This document shows, piece after piece, positions 7,795 through 17,319 of a stretch of DNA of 35,017 nt. Origin of the DNA: an uncultured archaeon (GTDB taxonomy: Archaea > Asgardarchaeota > Thorarchaeia > Thorarchaeales > Thorarchaeaceae). Location of the stretch: contig CAYFTD010000172.1 in NCBI GenBank assembly GCA_964345915.1, forward strand, positions 1-35,017, read 5' to 3'. Below the pieces are notes generated by a model. That model did not search any database, was not told the DNA's origin, and saw only the letters and a program-made list of their open reading frames with translations. Position 1 is the first letter of the stretch, and every line of letters starts with the position of its first letter. The position numbers and the translations under genes were made by a program.

Positions 7795-9759
7795 CTAGCC
7801 AATCAGGTGTCTTCGATACAATATTGGTATCCCGAGAAGGCCAATTGAAACACACAGACTCAATACTAGTCCTGGAATCCCCACTCCTTGCGATGCTAGT
7901 ACATCTGTTTCGGATACAGTGATAGAGATGTGTCCCCTAGACGGTTGTAGGGAAGAAGTGCCTTTGATTTCGTAGTGCAGATTGAAGATGCCTGCGTTGG
8001 CGGGTAGAGGAAGAACAAGCTCGATGTGACCAGAATGGGTGCTTGTAGCAGACCCACGGTGAGTCAGCCATTCATAGAGCAGTGTTGTGTCGCCGACTGT
8101 TGTGCCATTGAGACATTGCAGATTTAGATGAATCCAAAGTTCCCTTAGTGTCGGATTGGTGTGGTAGTGGCTCAAAATGACGTCTACGGGCATCAAGGTG
8201 GTCACCACAAGCACGTCCTCGAAACTCACGGGCAGTTCGTAAGAAGATAGGCTACCATTGGTCTTGAGAAACAGAGTATAGTTCCCGATGTCTTCGGGCG
8301 CGTACAATGTCATGTTTGTAAGCCCTTCCGAGTTTGTAACGGATGATGCTAGAACTGTTTCGTCAAGGCCACATTCAATCGACCGAAATGGAAGACTGCC
8401 TTCCGTTGAATTCAGTTGAATGTGAAAGGAGAGTCGTTGTGTTGGAGAAGCATAGCCTCGGGTATTGCTCTGGATAATCGAGATAGCTGGCACTAGCCAG
8501 ACAGTCGCCCAGTGTGTCGAGCTTGTGTTTGTTAGGTAGGGGTTTCCTGAGATTGTGAGTAATAGGCTCCTGGTACCCACAGAGCCAGTGAAGAGGAACT
8601 GGAAATGGACTATGGTCTGGTCGGTTGGTACTGGCAGACTTATGGTTCGGTCTGTTGTTTGGTCTCTGAGCGTGATAGAAACATCTGGGATTGGCCTTCC
8701 AAGCAAATCATGGATTTCAATCTGGATTTCGGTCTTGGATCCAGTTGCTATGTGCTCCGGAAACACGATGTGTGGTAGTACAGGACTATACACAATTATG
8801 TCGATTTCAAGGAAGGAGAAGGAATAGCGGTCTGTCCCATTGAACTCTACTCTAACCTTGTGTGGTCCCAAGTCTAGCTGATGATCAATGGGGATGCAAA
8901 GCTCAGAAACTCCCTGTGTGTCAGCTGTGATGGCGCAAACGAATTCTCCATCAATGAGGGTTTCTAATGTGGCATTGGGAAAGTTCTCACCTGCGGCATC
9001 TACACTCAGCTTCAACCAGAAGAGCTCATTCAGCACGAACTGGGTCCCGTTGGAGTCTTCCAGAACGATATCTGTTAGGATTTGTTCTATGGTAATCTCG
9101 AAGAGATATTCGGACCCATTGTGATAGCTTGTCATGTCAGGTTCATAGACGACTCTGAGTCTGTTCTTGCCAAATGACCCCCAAGACATGTTGCACTCAA
9201 TGTTGAAAGTCGCATAGCCGCTATCATTGGTAATACCAACTGCAAGTTGGAACTGGCCATGATAGACAGCTATCACTGCATCGGTGATGGCCTTGTTGTG
9301 GTCGTCAATTATGCCGATTGTAAAGAGAATATGATCTTCGGGATGAAAGGTTGATTGATTGTAGAACATGCTAATCTGAGTATTGGAAGCAACTATGACG
9401 GTAATCCATTGACATGACGGAGCAAGAGAGAGCGTATCGTTGCCATCGAAAGTCACATTCAGTAGTGTAGGACCTAGAGGATGATTTGATGTGAGGTTCC
9501 AGTATACTGTCGCCCATCCATTGATGTCAGTGGTTGCAGATTCTATGAATGAGTTCTGTGATTGATCATAGAAATCTAGCTGTTGTTCAGGTACGAAATC
9601 ACCATAGGATCCGTTCTGGAGTAGTCTTGCGTTGATTGGTACTATTTCTCCTCTGATAACAACGGGTTGCTCCTCTGCACCAACATTCGTTGTACTTGTG
9701 AGTGACAGTAGAATTGACAATGCGATTGCCAAGATTCCTGCTAGGTAGAGCTTTCTCAA
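7795..9759 (-). CDS. Secreted, C-terminally anchored surface protein with Ig-like repeats, rich in N-glycosylation sequons
   Basis: 654-aa ORF with signal peptide MRKLYLAGILAIALSILLSLTSTTNVGA. Repeats have T[DN]xxGxA and G-x-H/Y-x-V-x-V-x-[FY]-x-G (LGPHKVRVEFNGTDRYSFS). A C-terminal TM helix is followed by a basic tail (GIPGLVLSLCVSIGLLGIPILYRRHLIG). About 17 NxS/T sequons. It is a paralog-like relative of the 777-2876 ORF. Confidence 0.7.
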   Translation of the reverse strand: MRKLYLAGILAIALSILLSLTSTTNVGAEEQPVVIRGEIVPINARLLQNGSYGDFVPEQQLDFYDQSQNSFIESATTDINGWATVYWNLTSNHPLGPTLLNVTFDGNDTLSLAPSCQWITVIVASNTQISMFYNQSTFHPEDHILFTIGIIDDHNKAITDAVIAVYHGQFQLAVGITNDSGYATFNIECNMSWGSFGKNRLRVVYEPDMTSYHNGSEYLFEITIEQILTDIVLEDSNGTQFVLNELFWLKLSVDAAGENFPNATLETLIDGEFVCAITADTQGVSELCIPIDHQLDLGPHKVRVEFNGTDRYSFSFLEIDIIVYSPVLPHIVFPEHIATGSKTEIQIEIHDLLGRPIPDVSITLRDQTTDRTISLPVPTDQTIVHFQFLFTGSVGTRSLLLTISGNPYLTNTSSTHWATVWLVPAISIIQSNTRGYASPTQRLSFHIQLNSTEGSLPFRSIECGLDETVLASSVTNSEGLTNMTLYAPEDIGNYTLFLKTNGSLSSYELPVSFEDVLVVTTLMPVDVILSHYHTNPTLRELWIHLNLQCLNGTTVGDTTLLYEWLTHRGSATSTHSGHIELVLPLPANAGIFNLHYEIKGTSSLQPSRGHISITVSETDVLASQGVGIPGLVLSLCVSIGLLGIPILYRRHLIG

Positions 9760-10023
9760 GAGAGTGCACCTCAGTAATTCTACATCAGATGCGTAGGCCG
9801 TGTGGGGTATGATCAGATTCCGCTCATAGACAGCGGGGGTAGTTTCTGATGCATCAATGAGTCTGTTTCCTCGGTTTTTAATCTCCTATCGATGTATGTG
9901 TTTCTGGATGATTTGCTGAGCGAGTGCCGAGGGGAGTTCATATGTCAACACGGAATACGAGTAGCTGGTCATGACAGTAAGGGCATCCCCTATGCGTCTT
10001 GGTCATTGATGCGGTGATATTGC

Positions 10024-13000
10024 ATGTCCACTGAAAGACTGCGCAGAGAAGATAGTGAAGAACTGATGCAAATGAAAGGGTACCCTATACTGTGGCGTGG
10101 AATTGAGCTTGTTTGGAAGCTAGGAATTGTCACTTGTGCACTCTACCTTCTGACTGTATATCTACTTCCTTCATTAGGTCTGTTGGGTGCGCTATCAATC
10201 CCATCCAAACTCATGGTAGAGCTTCTCATCTGTGGTGTGCCCTTGTGTATGGGCGGCCTAGTCGTCGTTGAAAGACTGATTTCTGAGCGGGCTTCGGTCA
10301 CGATAGATGATGAACTGCTCGTACTTCGTTTGAAAGACCAGATGGTTGCAACATGCTGTCTTGACATCGCTTCGGTTTCAGGTTCTGTTCGTGCTGGAGA
10401 GAATGAACGGCCTGAATATGACACAACCTACCTGTTGGCATTGCGTGCCGGAATGGATGAACGTGTCAGCATGACCTACGAAGCCGGTGTTTTAGGCGGT
10501 GCACCTTATCTGCGCCTCTTCATAACTGGATCAGGTAGCGATTCAGATGAAACTGCGGACTTGTTGAAACGAGAAGCTACTAGAGCAGAAGCAATTCTCC
10601 TTGCTTCTTTGAGTAATATTGAACTCCGTCAATTGAAAGGCGATGATCTGAAGAACGCGACCTTGGGACTAATCAACGCAGACCTTGATGCACGTCAGGG
10701 TCTATCGTTCACAAAGAGGTCAGTCTGCCTATTGCTGCTTGCTGGAGAACCTCGTGTCGAACCCTCAACAGAGAGGTCTCAGGTAGGCGTGTTTATTTCT
10801 ACTGCGTTGAAACAACAATACGACGTCGTATTCTCATGTGTCTTCTCTAGGTCGAAATCTCGTCGAGAACAAAGGAAGCTAGAGAAACAGTGGAAGACAA
10901 TCCGTGAGAAGGAGATGCGAAATGAAGATTCTTTGGCTGACCAATCTGAGAAGAGGAAGCTTGTACGGCGCTACGAGAAGATTCAAGGGAGTACGGGCTG
11001 GTTTGATACGACGGCCCATTTAGTCATAAAAGCAGATGAACCTCAAAAGCTGCAGGAATCTCGAGAAGGGACCATTGGACTCGTGCATTCAATATGGGGA
11101 GATGATGACAAGGTTCTGTTGAAGCATAAGACAATTGATAGAAGGACCGCCTTCCGATTGCTCCTACGACGTCATATGAAAAGAGAGAAGACGCATGTTA
11201 GTAGATTAGCGGCCTTTGTCAACACGCCCGTTCAACAACTGCCAGTCATTGCAGCCTCCCAAGTACCCGACTTTTCTATACCTGCTAGAGAGCTTGTTGA
11301 GAACGAGTTAGTGGTAGGCCAGGCAGTCTTTGGGGGTCGGCTTCTAAACAATATTGGACTCAAGACAGAATGGTTGCGAGAACATGTGGCTATCCTTGGA
11401 GCGACTGGAACTGGAAAGACCACTCTTGTGAAGCATCTTGTTGCAGAGCTGAGTAAGAAATCGCAGGTGCCCTGGTGGGTGTTTGATATCAAGGGATCAG
11501 AGTACATTGAGCTGTTGGACGTATGTGACAGCGATGTTCTTGTGCTTCGACCTGGTGCTGATCCTTCATTCTTCATTGACTTCATGGATTCTGAAACTGA
11601 TTCTAAGGAGAAACATGCACATACTACATTTGCGATATTGAGAGAGTTGCTGAATGAGAGAGGTGTGGCATCTGAGCTTTCCCCGGCAATGGAGAAGCTT
11701 CTGAGAGAGGCAGTTCTCCTTGTTGCCAAGAAGAAAGAACGAGGGAACTCAATTCAGACATTAATCGAAACAATCTCTCAACTCGCTGGAAAAGATCGAA
11801 CCGGACGGATGACACGAGACGCATTGATGAATCGTCTAGAGGTGCTTTCCCGGGAACCACTTGGATCAATATTGGGTGGTGGACCCAGAGCAATGCGAAT
11901 CTCTGAGCTGATGGGCACGCGTGTGATTCTTGATCTACATTATGTTGCACGAGTCGGCGGGATGGATGCCGCCAGATTGCTGTATAATCTGATTGCAAAG
12001 CGGATATTCGATTTCGCTATGCAAAGAGGAGTAAGACCTGGTCTCCATCATGTCGTGGTTCTCGAAGAGGCCAGCAATCTGGTTCCTGAGAGTTACATTA
12101 GGCACTCGGCAGCAGACATCACAACAGGTGAATCCATGGTAATGCTGCAAAGAGCAACAGGACAAGGAGTTGTCATCGTTTCTACGAGACCCAACGTGTC
12201 CTCCAACATACTCGCGAACACGGCCACTAAGATCACATTTCGTCTGCCATATGATAGTCACGTTGGTGCAAGATTCATGTCTCTCGATAAGAATCAGGAG
12301 AGGTATCTGAGATCCTTGAAACGTGGTAGAGCCTTGATTGTAATGCCTGGCATCGAGGCGTTCGAGTTAGCTACCCGTCCTTTCGACGTTTCCACGACTT
12401 CTCACCGAATGCACAAGAGAGATGACCTAATTGGTGAAGAGCTAGAAGAGTCGTCTGATGGAACCCACAACAAAGATACTATAGCTGTTTCATCCAGAGA
12501 ATTGGAATCAGAACGGCCTGCAGGCGCAGTGTTTGATAGGCTCGGAGAGCTTGGATCACACGTTGTTGCCTTTCTTGCATCAAGGAACATGGCTACTCAA
12601 ATAGAAATACAGGGACTTCTCAGGTCGATTGACCCTAGAATAGAAGATGAGGACATAGATGAAGTCATACGAGACCTTGTTTCTTTGGGAACAGTTGATA
12701 GAGAGGCCCTTTCTCTAGTCCCCGGGGGGTTTTTGTTCACTCTGCCAGGCCGTTGTCTTGATGCGGTGAGAACGGCAATTGCTGACTATATAGTCTACCG
12801 ACTAGGATCAATTGAAACAACACCCGAACGAAGTAAGACTGATCGCCCGGATATTGTGGTTGACGATAAGGCGATTCTGATACTTCCAGAACATCTGAAA
12901 GCGTCTTCGATGGAATCAACCCTTGACAAGATTCGTAAATGCATGGCAAATCTAGGTAACAATGTGACCGAGCTGACCGTGATTGTTAGGGGTAGTGTTG

Positions 13001-13818
13001 CAGCTGCCAAGCTCAGAGAGATCATGGATAGCACAGATGCCTTTGATGCGGTAACAACCATATCTGCCTTTCCGACTTCTCTTGATGCAATGATTGAGAG
13101 TTTGCATCCTCAGACATTGTCGAACACGAATGTGAAATCATTCAACACGCAAAGAAACCCAGAAGGTGCTTCGCATGAAACTGGACAGGTGGACTTGATT
13201 GGTGCAATGCATGACGTTGGAACCGCCACTAACCGGGCGATTCAGATGCGTCTGTGGTTTCAATTGATCCAGGATTTCGTCGGACTGTCAGAAGGGCATG
13301 TACAGTGGGATGTTCTGTTGGACTTCATCGAAACGACCGCGTTGCAGTCCGTCAAGAGTCACACAGCTCCATTGAGCGTTGAAGAAGGTAAGAGAGCTTT
13401 GACTGAGTTGTTAGCTGATGAGGTCCTCATTGCTCTACGTGTGGGGGAGAAATTGGAGTTTGTAAATCTTCACAAGGGTCTCTGGATTGTCAACTCGGCC
13501 ATGCTTGAGGATTTCAAGAAATCTGTTATAGATGCCTTGGGAAAGGATCTTCGCAGTCAGAACGGTAGGGTTAAGCGAAACCACAGTTACTATGATCTGT
13601 GTTGTAATGGCGTTTCTTACGTGGTGTTTCCAAACCAGCAACAACTCAATACTCTACTTCACCTTCACAACAACATCGCGTGTAGAACATGTGGATCAAC
13701 TCGGATAGTCTGTGTGTTGACTGCTGCCGAGTATCTCGATGAGAGTATAGCAATGCCAGGAAACGTCCAGCTTTATGACTTCTCGGAGTATCTCTCAGTT
13801 ACCACTGCAACAGGATAG
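10024..13818 (+). CDS. Membrane-anchored P-loop ATPase of the HerA/FtsK/VirB4 (DUF87-like) class with a long C-terminal extension
   Basis: 1264 aa with 2-3 N-terminal TM helices (aa ~30-85). Walker A VAILGATGTGKTTLVKHL then WWVFDIKGSEY (~11398-11470), Walker B HHVVVLEEASNLVPE (~12046-12090), and VIVSTRPNVSSNILANTATKITFRLP. A ~450-aa C-terminal region has a winged-helix-like stretch (VVAFLASRNMATQIEIQGLLRS...VIRDLVSLGTVD) and terminal Cys pairs. Confidence 0.8.
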   Translation: MSTERLRREDSEELMQMKGYPILWRGIELVWKLGIVTCALYLLTVYLLPSLGLLGALSIPSKLMVELLICGVPLCMGGLVVVERLISERASVTIDDELLVLRLKDQMVATCCLDIASVSGSVRAGENERPEYDTTYLLALRAGMDERVSMTYEAGVLGGAPYLRLFITGSGSDSDETADLLKREATRAEAILLASLSNIELRQLKGDDLKNATLGLINADLDARQGLSFTKRSVCLLLLAGEPRVEPSTERSQVGVFISTALKQQYDVVFSCVFSRSKSRREQRKLEKQWKTIREKEMRNEDSLADQSEKRKLVRRYEKIQGSTGWFDTTAHLVIKADEPQKLQESREGTIGLVHSIWGDDDKVLLKHKTIDRRTAFRLLLRRHMKREKTHVSRLAAFVNTPVQQLPVIAASQVPDFSIPARELVENELVVGQAVFGGRLLNNIGLKTEWLREHVAILGATGTGKTTLVKHLVAELSKKSQVPWWVFDIKGSEYIELLDVCDSDVLVLRPGADPSFFIDFMDSETDSKEKHAHTTFAILRELLNERGVASELSPAMEKLLREAVLLVAKKKERGNSIQTLIETISQLAGKDRTGRMTRDALMNRLEVLSREPLGSILGGGPRAMRISELMGTRVILDLHYVARVGGMDAARLLYNLIAKRIFDFAMQRGVRPGLHHVVVLEEASNLVPESYIRHSAADITTGESMVMLQRATGQGVVIVSTRPNVSSNILANTATKITFRLPYDSHVGARFMSLDKNQERYLRSLKRGRALIVMPGIEAFELATRPFDVSTTSHRMHKRDDLIGEELEESSDGTHNKDTIAVSSRELESERPAGAVFDRLGELGSHVVAFLASRNMATQIEIQGLLRSIDPRIEDEDIDEVIRDLVSLGTVDREALSLVPGGFLFTLPGRCLDAVRTAIADYIVYRLGSIETTPERSKTDRPDIVVDDKAILILPEHLKASSMESTLDKIRKCMANLGNNVTELTVIVRGSVAAAKLREIMDSTDAFDAVTTISAFPTSLDAMIESLHPQTLSNTNVKSFNTQRNPEGASHETGQVDLIGAMHDVGTATNRAIQMRLWFQLIQDFVGLSEGHVQWDVLLDFIETTALQSVKSHTAPLSVEEGKRALTELLADEVLIALRVGEKLEFVNLHKGLWIVNSAMLEDFKKSVIDALGKDLRSQNGRVKRNHSYYDLCCNGVSYVVFPNQQQLNTLLHLHNNIACRTCGSTRIVCVLTAAEYLDESIAMPGNVQLYDFSEYLSVTTATG

Positions 13819-13853
13819 TGGATTTTCTTGGACTTTTGAGCGTGCTTCGCATC

Positions 13854-14657
13854 TTAGATTCGTATTCTTGTACATACTGTGGATTCGCCTAAGAACAGGT
13901 CGGAAAGACGACCCGGAACTCCAAGATTGAAGATTGCTATGTCAATACCTTGTCCGGCCAACGTGAAGATCTCGTTAAGCTTCTTTTCCATTCCTCCGGT
14001 GACATCAGTGACTGAAGATGGCCCTGTACTTGCTAGGATTGCTTCTCTCTTTGAAAGGTCGATTGTGTCGATGTGAGCAGCTCCCGAATTGGCTTGGGGG
14101 TCCTCCTCAAAGACCCCGTCTACGTCGGTACCAAGGTACAATGCATCTGCCTTCATCTCTCGTGCGAGGTGGACTGCAATTGTATCACCACTAAGAATGG
14201 ATGCTCCCCGAACATCGTCAAAGCAAACATCACCATGTGTCACCGCAACAAGCCCGGAATCAAGCGTTTTCCGAAGTATCTCGGTTCCGAAGTCTACGAT
14301 TTCGCCATTATGTAGCATTGTCATCGTGAAAGGAGACAATACAACCGCCCTAACTCCCTCGCTGTTTAGGACATGTTCAACCTCATGGGACAATACGGTC
14401 ATATTGTGGCGAATTGGTGGAACTCCTCTCAGTAGCTGGTCCCTAGGAGTTGAGCTATTTCCGAAACCGTAATCATGAGCTGCTTGATGTCCATGGGCGC
14501 CTCCTCCAAGAACTAGGATCAATTCACCAGTATTGGAACCAAGTTCATGTGCAATGCGGGATAGGTTCTCTTTGTCAACGCTTGGTGGTGAGGAGTCCTT
14601 GTGCGTAATGACAGACCCTCCCAACTTTACGACCGTGAGACTATTCAAATCTGACAC
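13854..14657 (-). CDS. ipk: Isopentenyl phosphate kinase (amino-acid kinase fold)
   Basis: VVKLGGSVITHKD, LVLGGGAHGHQAAH, GDTIAVHLAREMKADALYLGTDVDGVF and VTDVTGGMEKK match the archaeal IPK pattern (KLGGS, GGG.FGH, DVTGGM). Confidence 0.8.
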   Translation of the reverse strand: MSDLNSLTVVKLGGSVITHKDSSPPSVDKENLSRIAHELGSNTGELILVLGGGAHGHQAAHDYGFGNSSTPRDQLLRGVPPIRHNMTVLSHEVEHVLNSEGVRAVVLSPFTMTMLHNGEIVDFGTEILRKTLDSGLVAVTHGDVCFDDVRGASILSGDTIAVHLAREMKADALYLGTDVDGVFEEDPQANSGAAHIDTIDLSKREAILASTGPSSVTDVTGGMEKKLNEIFTLAGQGIDIAIFNLGVPGRLSDLFLGESTVCTRIRI

Positions 14658-14734
14658 TTGTTCGCGTTGTATTGTGTGTCCTTATGGACGTTGTCGTTGA
14701 TGTTGTCAGGGCAATCTCGGCTAACACATAAGAC

Positions 14735-14747
14735 AACCTTTTTATCC
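14735..14747 (+). promoter_or_regulatory. BRE/TATA-like element AACCTTTTTATCC upstream of rps10
   Basis: T-rich box preceded by AACC, ~50-60 nt upstream of the rps10 ATG. The same AACC(C)TTTTT form recurs upstream of glmS and the 28206 and 32431 ORFs, and at 19672. Confidence 0.35.
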
Positions 14748-14797
14748 GGTTGTAATTCCGTTGCGATGTCCAGCTTACTTGCGAGGCTGAACTCAAT

Positions 14798-15109
14798 ATG
14801 ACCCAGAAAGCACGGATTAGACTGTCAAGCACAAGCACCGAACATCTAGATGGTGTTTGTAGCCAGATTAAGCGAATCACTCGCAAGACAGGAGTCCGTA
14901 TGTCTGGTCCAATTCCGCTACCCACGAGAAGAATGGTCATTCCTACTCGAAAGACTCCCTGTGGACAGGGTTCTGAGTCTTGGGACAAGTGGGAAATGAG
15001 AGTTCATAAACGGCTCATTGATATTGATGCGGATGAAAGAGCGATTCGTCAGATCATGAGAGTACGAATCCCAGACTCGGTCTATATTGAGATTGAACTT
15101 ACGGGTTGA
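14798..15109 (+). CDS. rps10: 30S ribosomal protein S10 (uS10)
   Basis: 103 aa. [39 protein letters not shown]... and [32 protein letters not shown] are the typical archaeal uS10 sequence. Confidence 0.95.
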   Translation: MTQKARIRLSSTSTEHLDGVCSQIKRITRKTGVRMSGPIPLPTRRMVIPTRKTPCGQGSESWDKWEMRVHKRLIDIDADERAIRQIMRVRIPDSVYIEIELTG

Positions 15110-15124
15110 TTCTGACTGAAAGCG

Positions 15125-15140
15125 AAACCCTTTTTGTACA
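15125..15140 (+). promoter_or_regulatory. BRE/TATA-like element AAACCCTTTTTGTACA upstream of glmS
   Basis: Same AACC-TTTTT pattern as at rps10, ~50 nt upstream of the glmS ATG. Confidence 0.3.
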
Positions 15141-15189
15141 TACACTAATGTTGTTTGTCCATAGGAAGAGCTAGGAGTCCATTGAATAC

Positions 15190-17013
15190 ATGTGTGGAAT
15201 CATCGGCGTTGTTCAGAAACGTGGTCAAGTTGCCCCATTCTTGCACCAAGCATTGAAACGTTTGGAGTATAGGGGGTACGACTCAGTCGGTATGACAACC
15301 ATATCCAGTGGGCAGCTTCACATGAAGAAGGACAAGGGCAAGATCGAAGAGGTTCACAAGAAGCTCAATCTTGATGAGATGCCAGGAAGTATAGGGATTG
15401 GGCATACTAGGTGGGCCACTCACGGAGCTCCGTCCCAGTACAATGCACATCCACACTTTGATTGCAGTAATGAGATTGCAGTTGTTCATAATGGGGTTAT
15501 TGATAACTTCCTAGAGCTCAGAGAGAAGCTTGGTTTGAAAGGGCATAAGTTCAGCTCTGAAACGGATACTGAAGTGATTCCTCACATGCTTGAGGACTAT
15601 ATTTCAGACGGATTGAGCCTAACTGAAGCTCTCACCGAAGTCACACATCGAATTGAGGGTACATATGCAATAGTCGCAATGACAACAAAACAAGATGGTA
15701 GGATAGTATGTACTCGTGATGGTAACCCTCTTGTAATCGGAAAACGGGAAGGGGCCACGTACGTTTCCTCAGATATACCAGCATTCCTGCCCATGACTAA
15801 GGATATGATTTTGCTCCTCGATGGCGAAGTGGCGACTCTGACAACAGATGGAGTTGAGATTCGAAAACTCTCCAATGGGGCCGAGGTGGAGAGAGAAACG
15901 ATAGAGATCAGCTGGACTGCAGATCAAGCTCAGAAAGGTGGATTTCCTCATTTCATGCTGAAGGAGATACATGAGCAACCGGATGCGATAAGGAATACTC
16001 TTAGACTTCGGCCGGAAGTCCTTCAAGAAGCAGCCAAGATAATTCATGGAGCAAGGAATGTCTATTTCCTCGCTATGGGTACTTCTGGATACGCTGGCAT
16101 TGCAGGAAGACACATGTTTGCCTCGCTTGCAGGCGTCCTGCCAAACTTCGAACTTGCTAGTGACTTCCCCGACACAGTGTACAATGCGTTGTCTGGAGAG
16201 GACTGTGTAGTTGCAATCACGCAATCCGGGGAAACAACAGATACGATGATGGCTGTGAAGTATGCTAAGACCTTCGGCGCAAAAGTAATCGCTCTTACCA
16301 ATGTGGTTGGTAGTTCCATAACACGCATTGCAGACCATACGGTGATCACTCAGGCTGGACCAGAGATTGGAGTAGCTGCCACAAAGACCTTCATGGTGCA
16401 GCTGACTGCACTTGCTCAAATGGCATTGGCACTTAGTGAGCTTACAGGTTTTCTTGAGAGTAAAGTGATTGAAACGAAACGCAGATTCTTGGAGGAAATG
16501 CCAGACATAGTGTCTGAAGTCATATCGAGAAATGAAGAACGAGCTCGACGCTTAGCTGGACTTCTCTATGACCAACCTAGCTTGTTATTCTTGGGTAGAG
16601 GGATCTCCCAAGCCACTGCTGAAGAGGGTGCTCTAAAGCTCAAGGAGATATCGTACAATCACGCAGAAGCATATTCGGCAGGTCAATCGAAGCATGGACC
16701 CATAGCACTTGTTCAAGACAACTACCCTGTCATCTTCATAGCACCCAAGGATGAAACCAGAAACAGGATAATCGGCAATGTTATGGAGATGAAAGCTCGT
16801 GGAGCATCGATCATCTCTGTGATTGAGAGAAGTGATGAGGAACTCAGGGGTCTATCCGATCACTGGTTTGCGATTCCTGATGGAATTGAACCGGAATTCT
16901 CTACGATGCCCTATGTGGTACCTCTTCAGCTCTTCAGCTACTATATGGCACGAAGGAAAGGATTTGACCCTGACAAGCCGCGCAATCTGGCAAAGTCAGT
17001 CACTGTTCTTTAG
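15190..17013 (+). CDS. glmS: Glutamine--fructose-6-phosphate aminotransferase (isomerising)
   Basis: N-terminal catalytic MCGIIGV, GHTRWATHG, two SIS domains (FLAMGTSGYAG, GRGISQATAEEGALKLKEISY) and the C-terminal KPRNLAKSVTV motif. Confidence 0.95.
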   Translation: MCGIIGVVQKRGQVAPFLHQALKRLEYRGYDSVGMTTISSGQLHMKKDKGKIEEVHKKLNLDEMPGSIGIGHTRWATHGAPSQYNAHPHFDCSNEIAVVHNGVIDNFLELREKLGLKGHKFSSETDTEVIPHMLEDYISDGLSLTEALTEVTHRIEGTYAIVAMTTKQDGRIVCTRDGNPLVIGKREGATYVSSDIPAFLPMTKDMILLLDGEVATLTTDGVEIRKLSNGAEVERETIEISWTADQAQKGGFPHFMLKEIHEQPDAIRNTLRLRPEVLQEAAKIIHGARNVYFLAMGTSGYAGIAGRHMFASLAGVLPNFELASDFPDTVYNALSGEDCVVAITQSGETTDTMMAVKYAKTFGAKVIALTNVVGSSITRIADHTVITQAGPEIGVAATKTFMVQLTALAQMALALSELTGFLESKVIETKRRFLEEMPDIVSEVISRNEERARRLAGLLYDQPSLLFLGRGISQATAEEGALKLKEISYNHAEAYSAGQSKHGPIALVQDNYPVIFIAPKDETRNRIIGNVMEMKARGASIISVIERSDEELRGLSDHWFAIPDGIEPEFSTMPYVVPLQLFSYYMARRKGFDPDKPRNLAKSVTVL

Positions 17014-17049
17014 GGACTTTAAATCTAGACTTGGAGAAACAACCTTTGT

Positions 17050-17307
17050 GTGAAACCAATGCAGGGTGCGTTTCTCAGTCCCATAGTAGACTTCGCTAAT
17101 CTCATAGCGACATATTTCGTGGAGATCTGGGAGTTCTTGATATTCATTGGCAGAGTTTCAGCTGCAATTGTTGTGCTGATTGGAGCAATACTTTGGTTTA
17201 CTGAAACTAACACTAAGAGAGGCAAGGGTCTAGTCATGAGCGGAATACTCCTTGCCATCATAGTACAGTATTTTGTGACTTATCCTCCAGTCTTCGGTGT
17301 TGGTTGA
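17050..17307 (+). CDS. Small membrane protein with VirB2/TrbC/CedA1-like hairpin topology
   Basis: 82-85 aa (GTG 17050 or ATG 17059). Two hydrophobic helices (VSAAIVVLIGAILWF and LVMSGILLAIIVQYFV) are joined by a short basic loop (TETNTKRGKG). No sequence-family assignment is possible by eye. Confidence 0.5.
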   Translation: MKPMQGAFLSPIVDFANLIATYFVEIWEFLIFIGRVSAAIVVLIGAILWFTETNTKRGKGLVMSGILLAIIVQYFVTYPPVFGVG

Positions 17308-17319
17308 CATTCAAGATGG

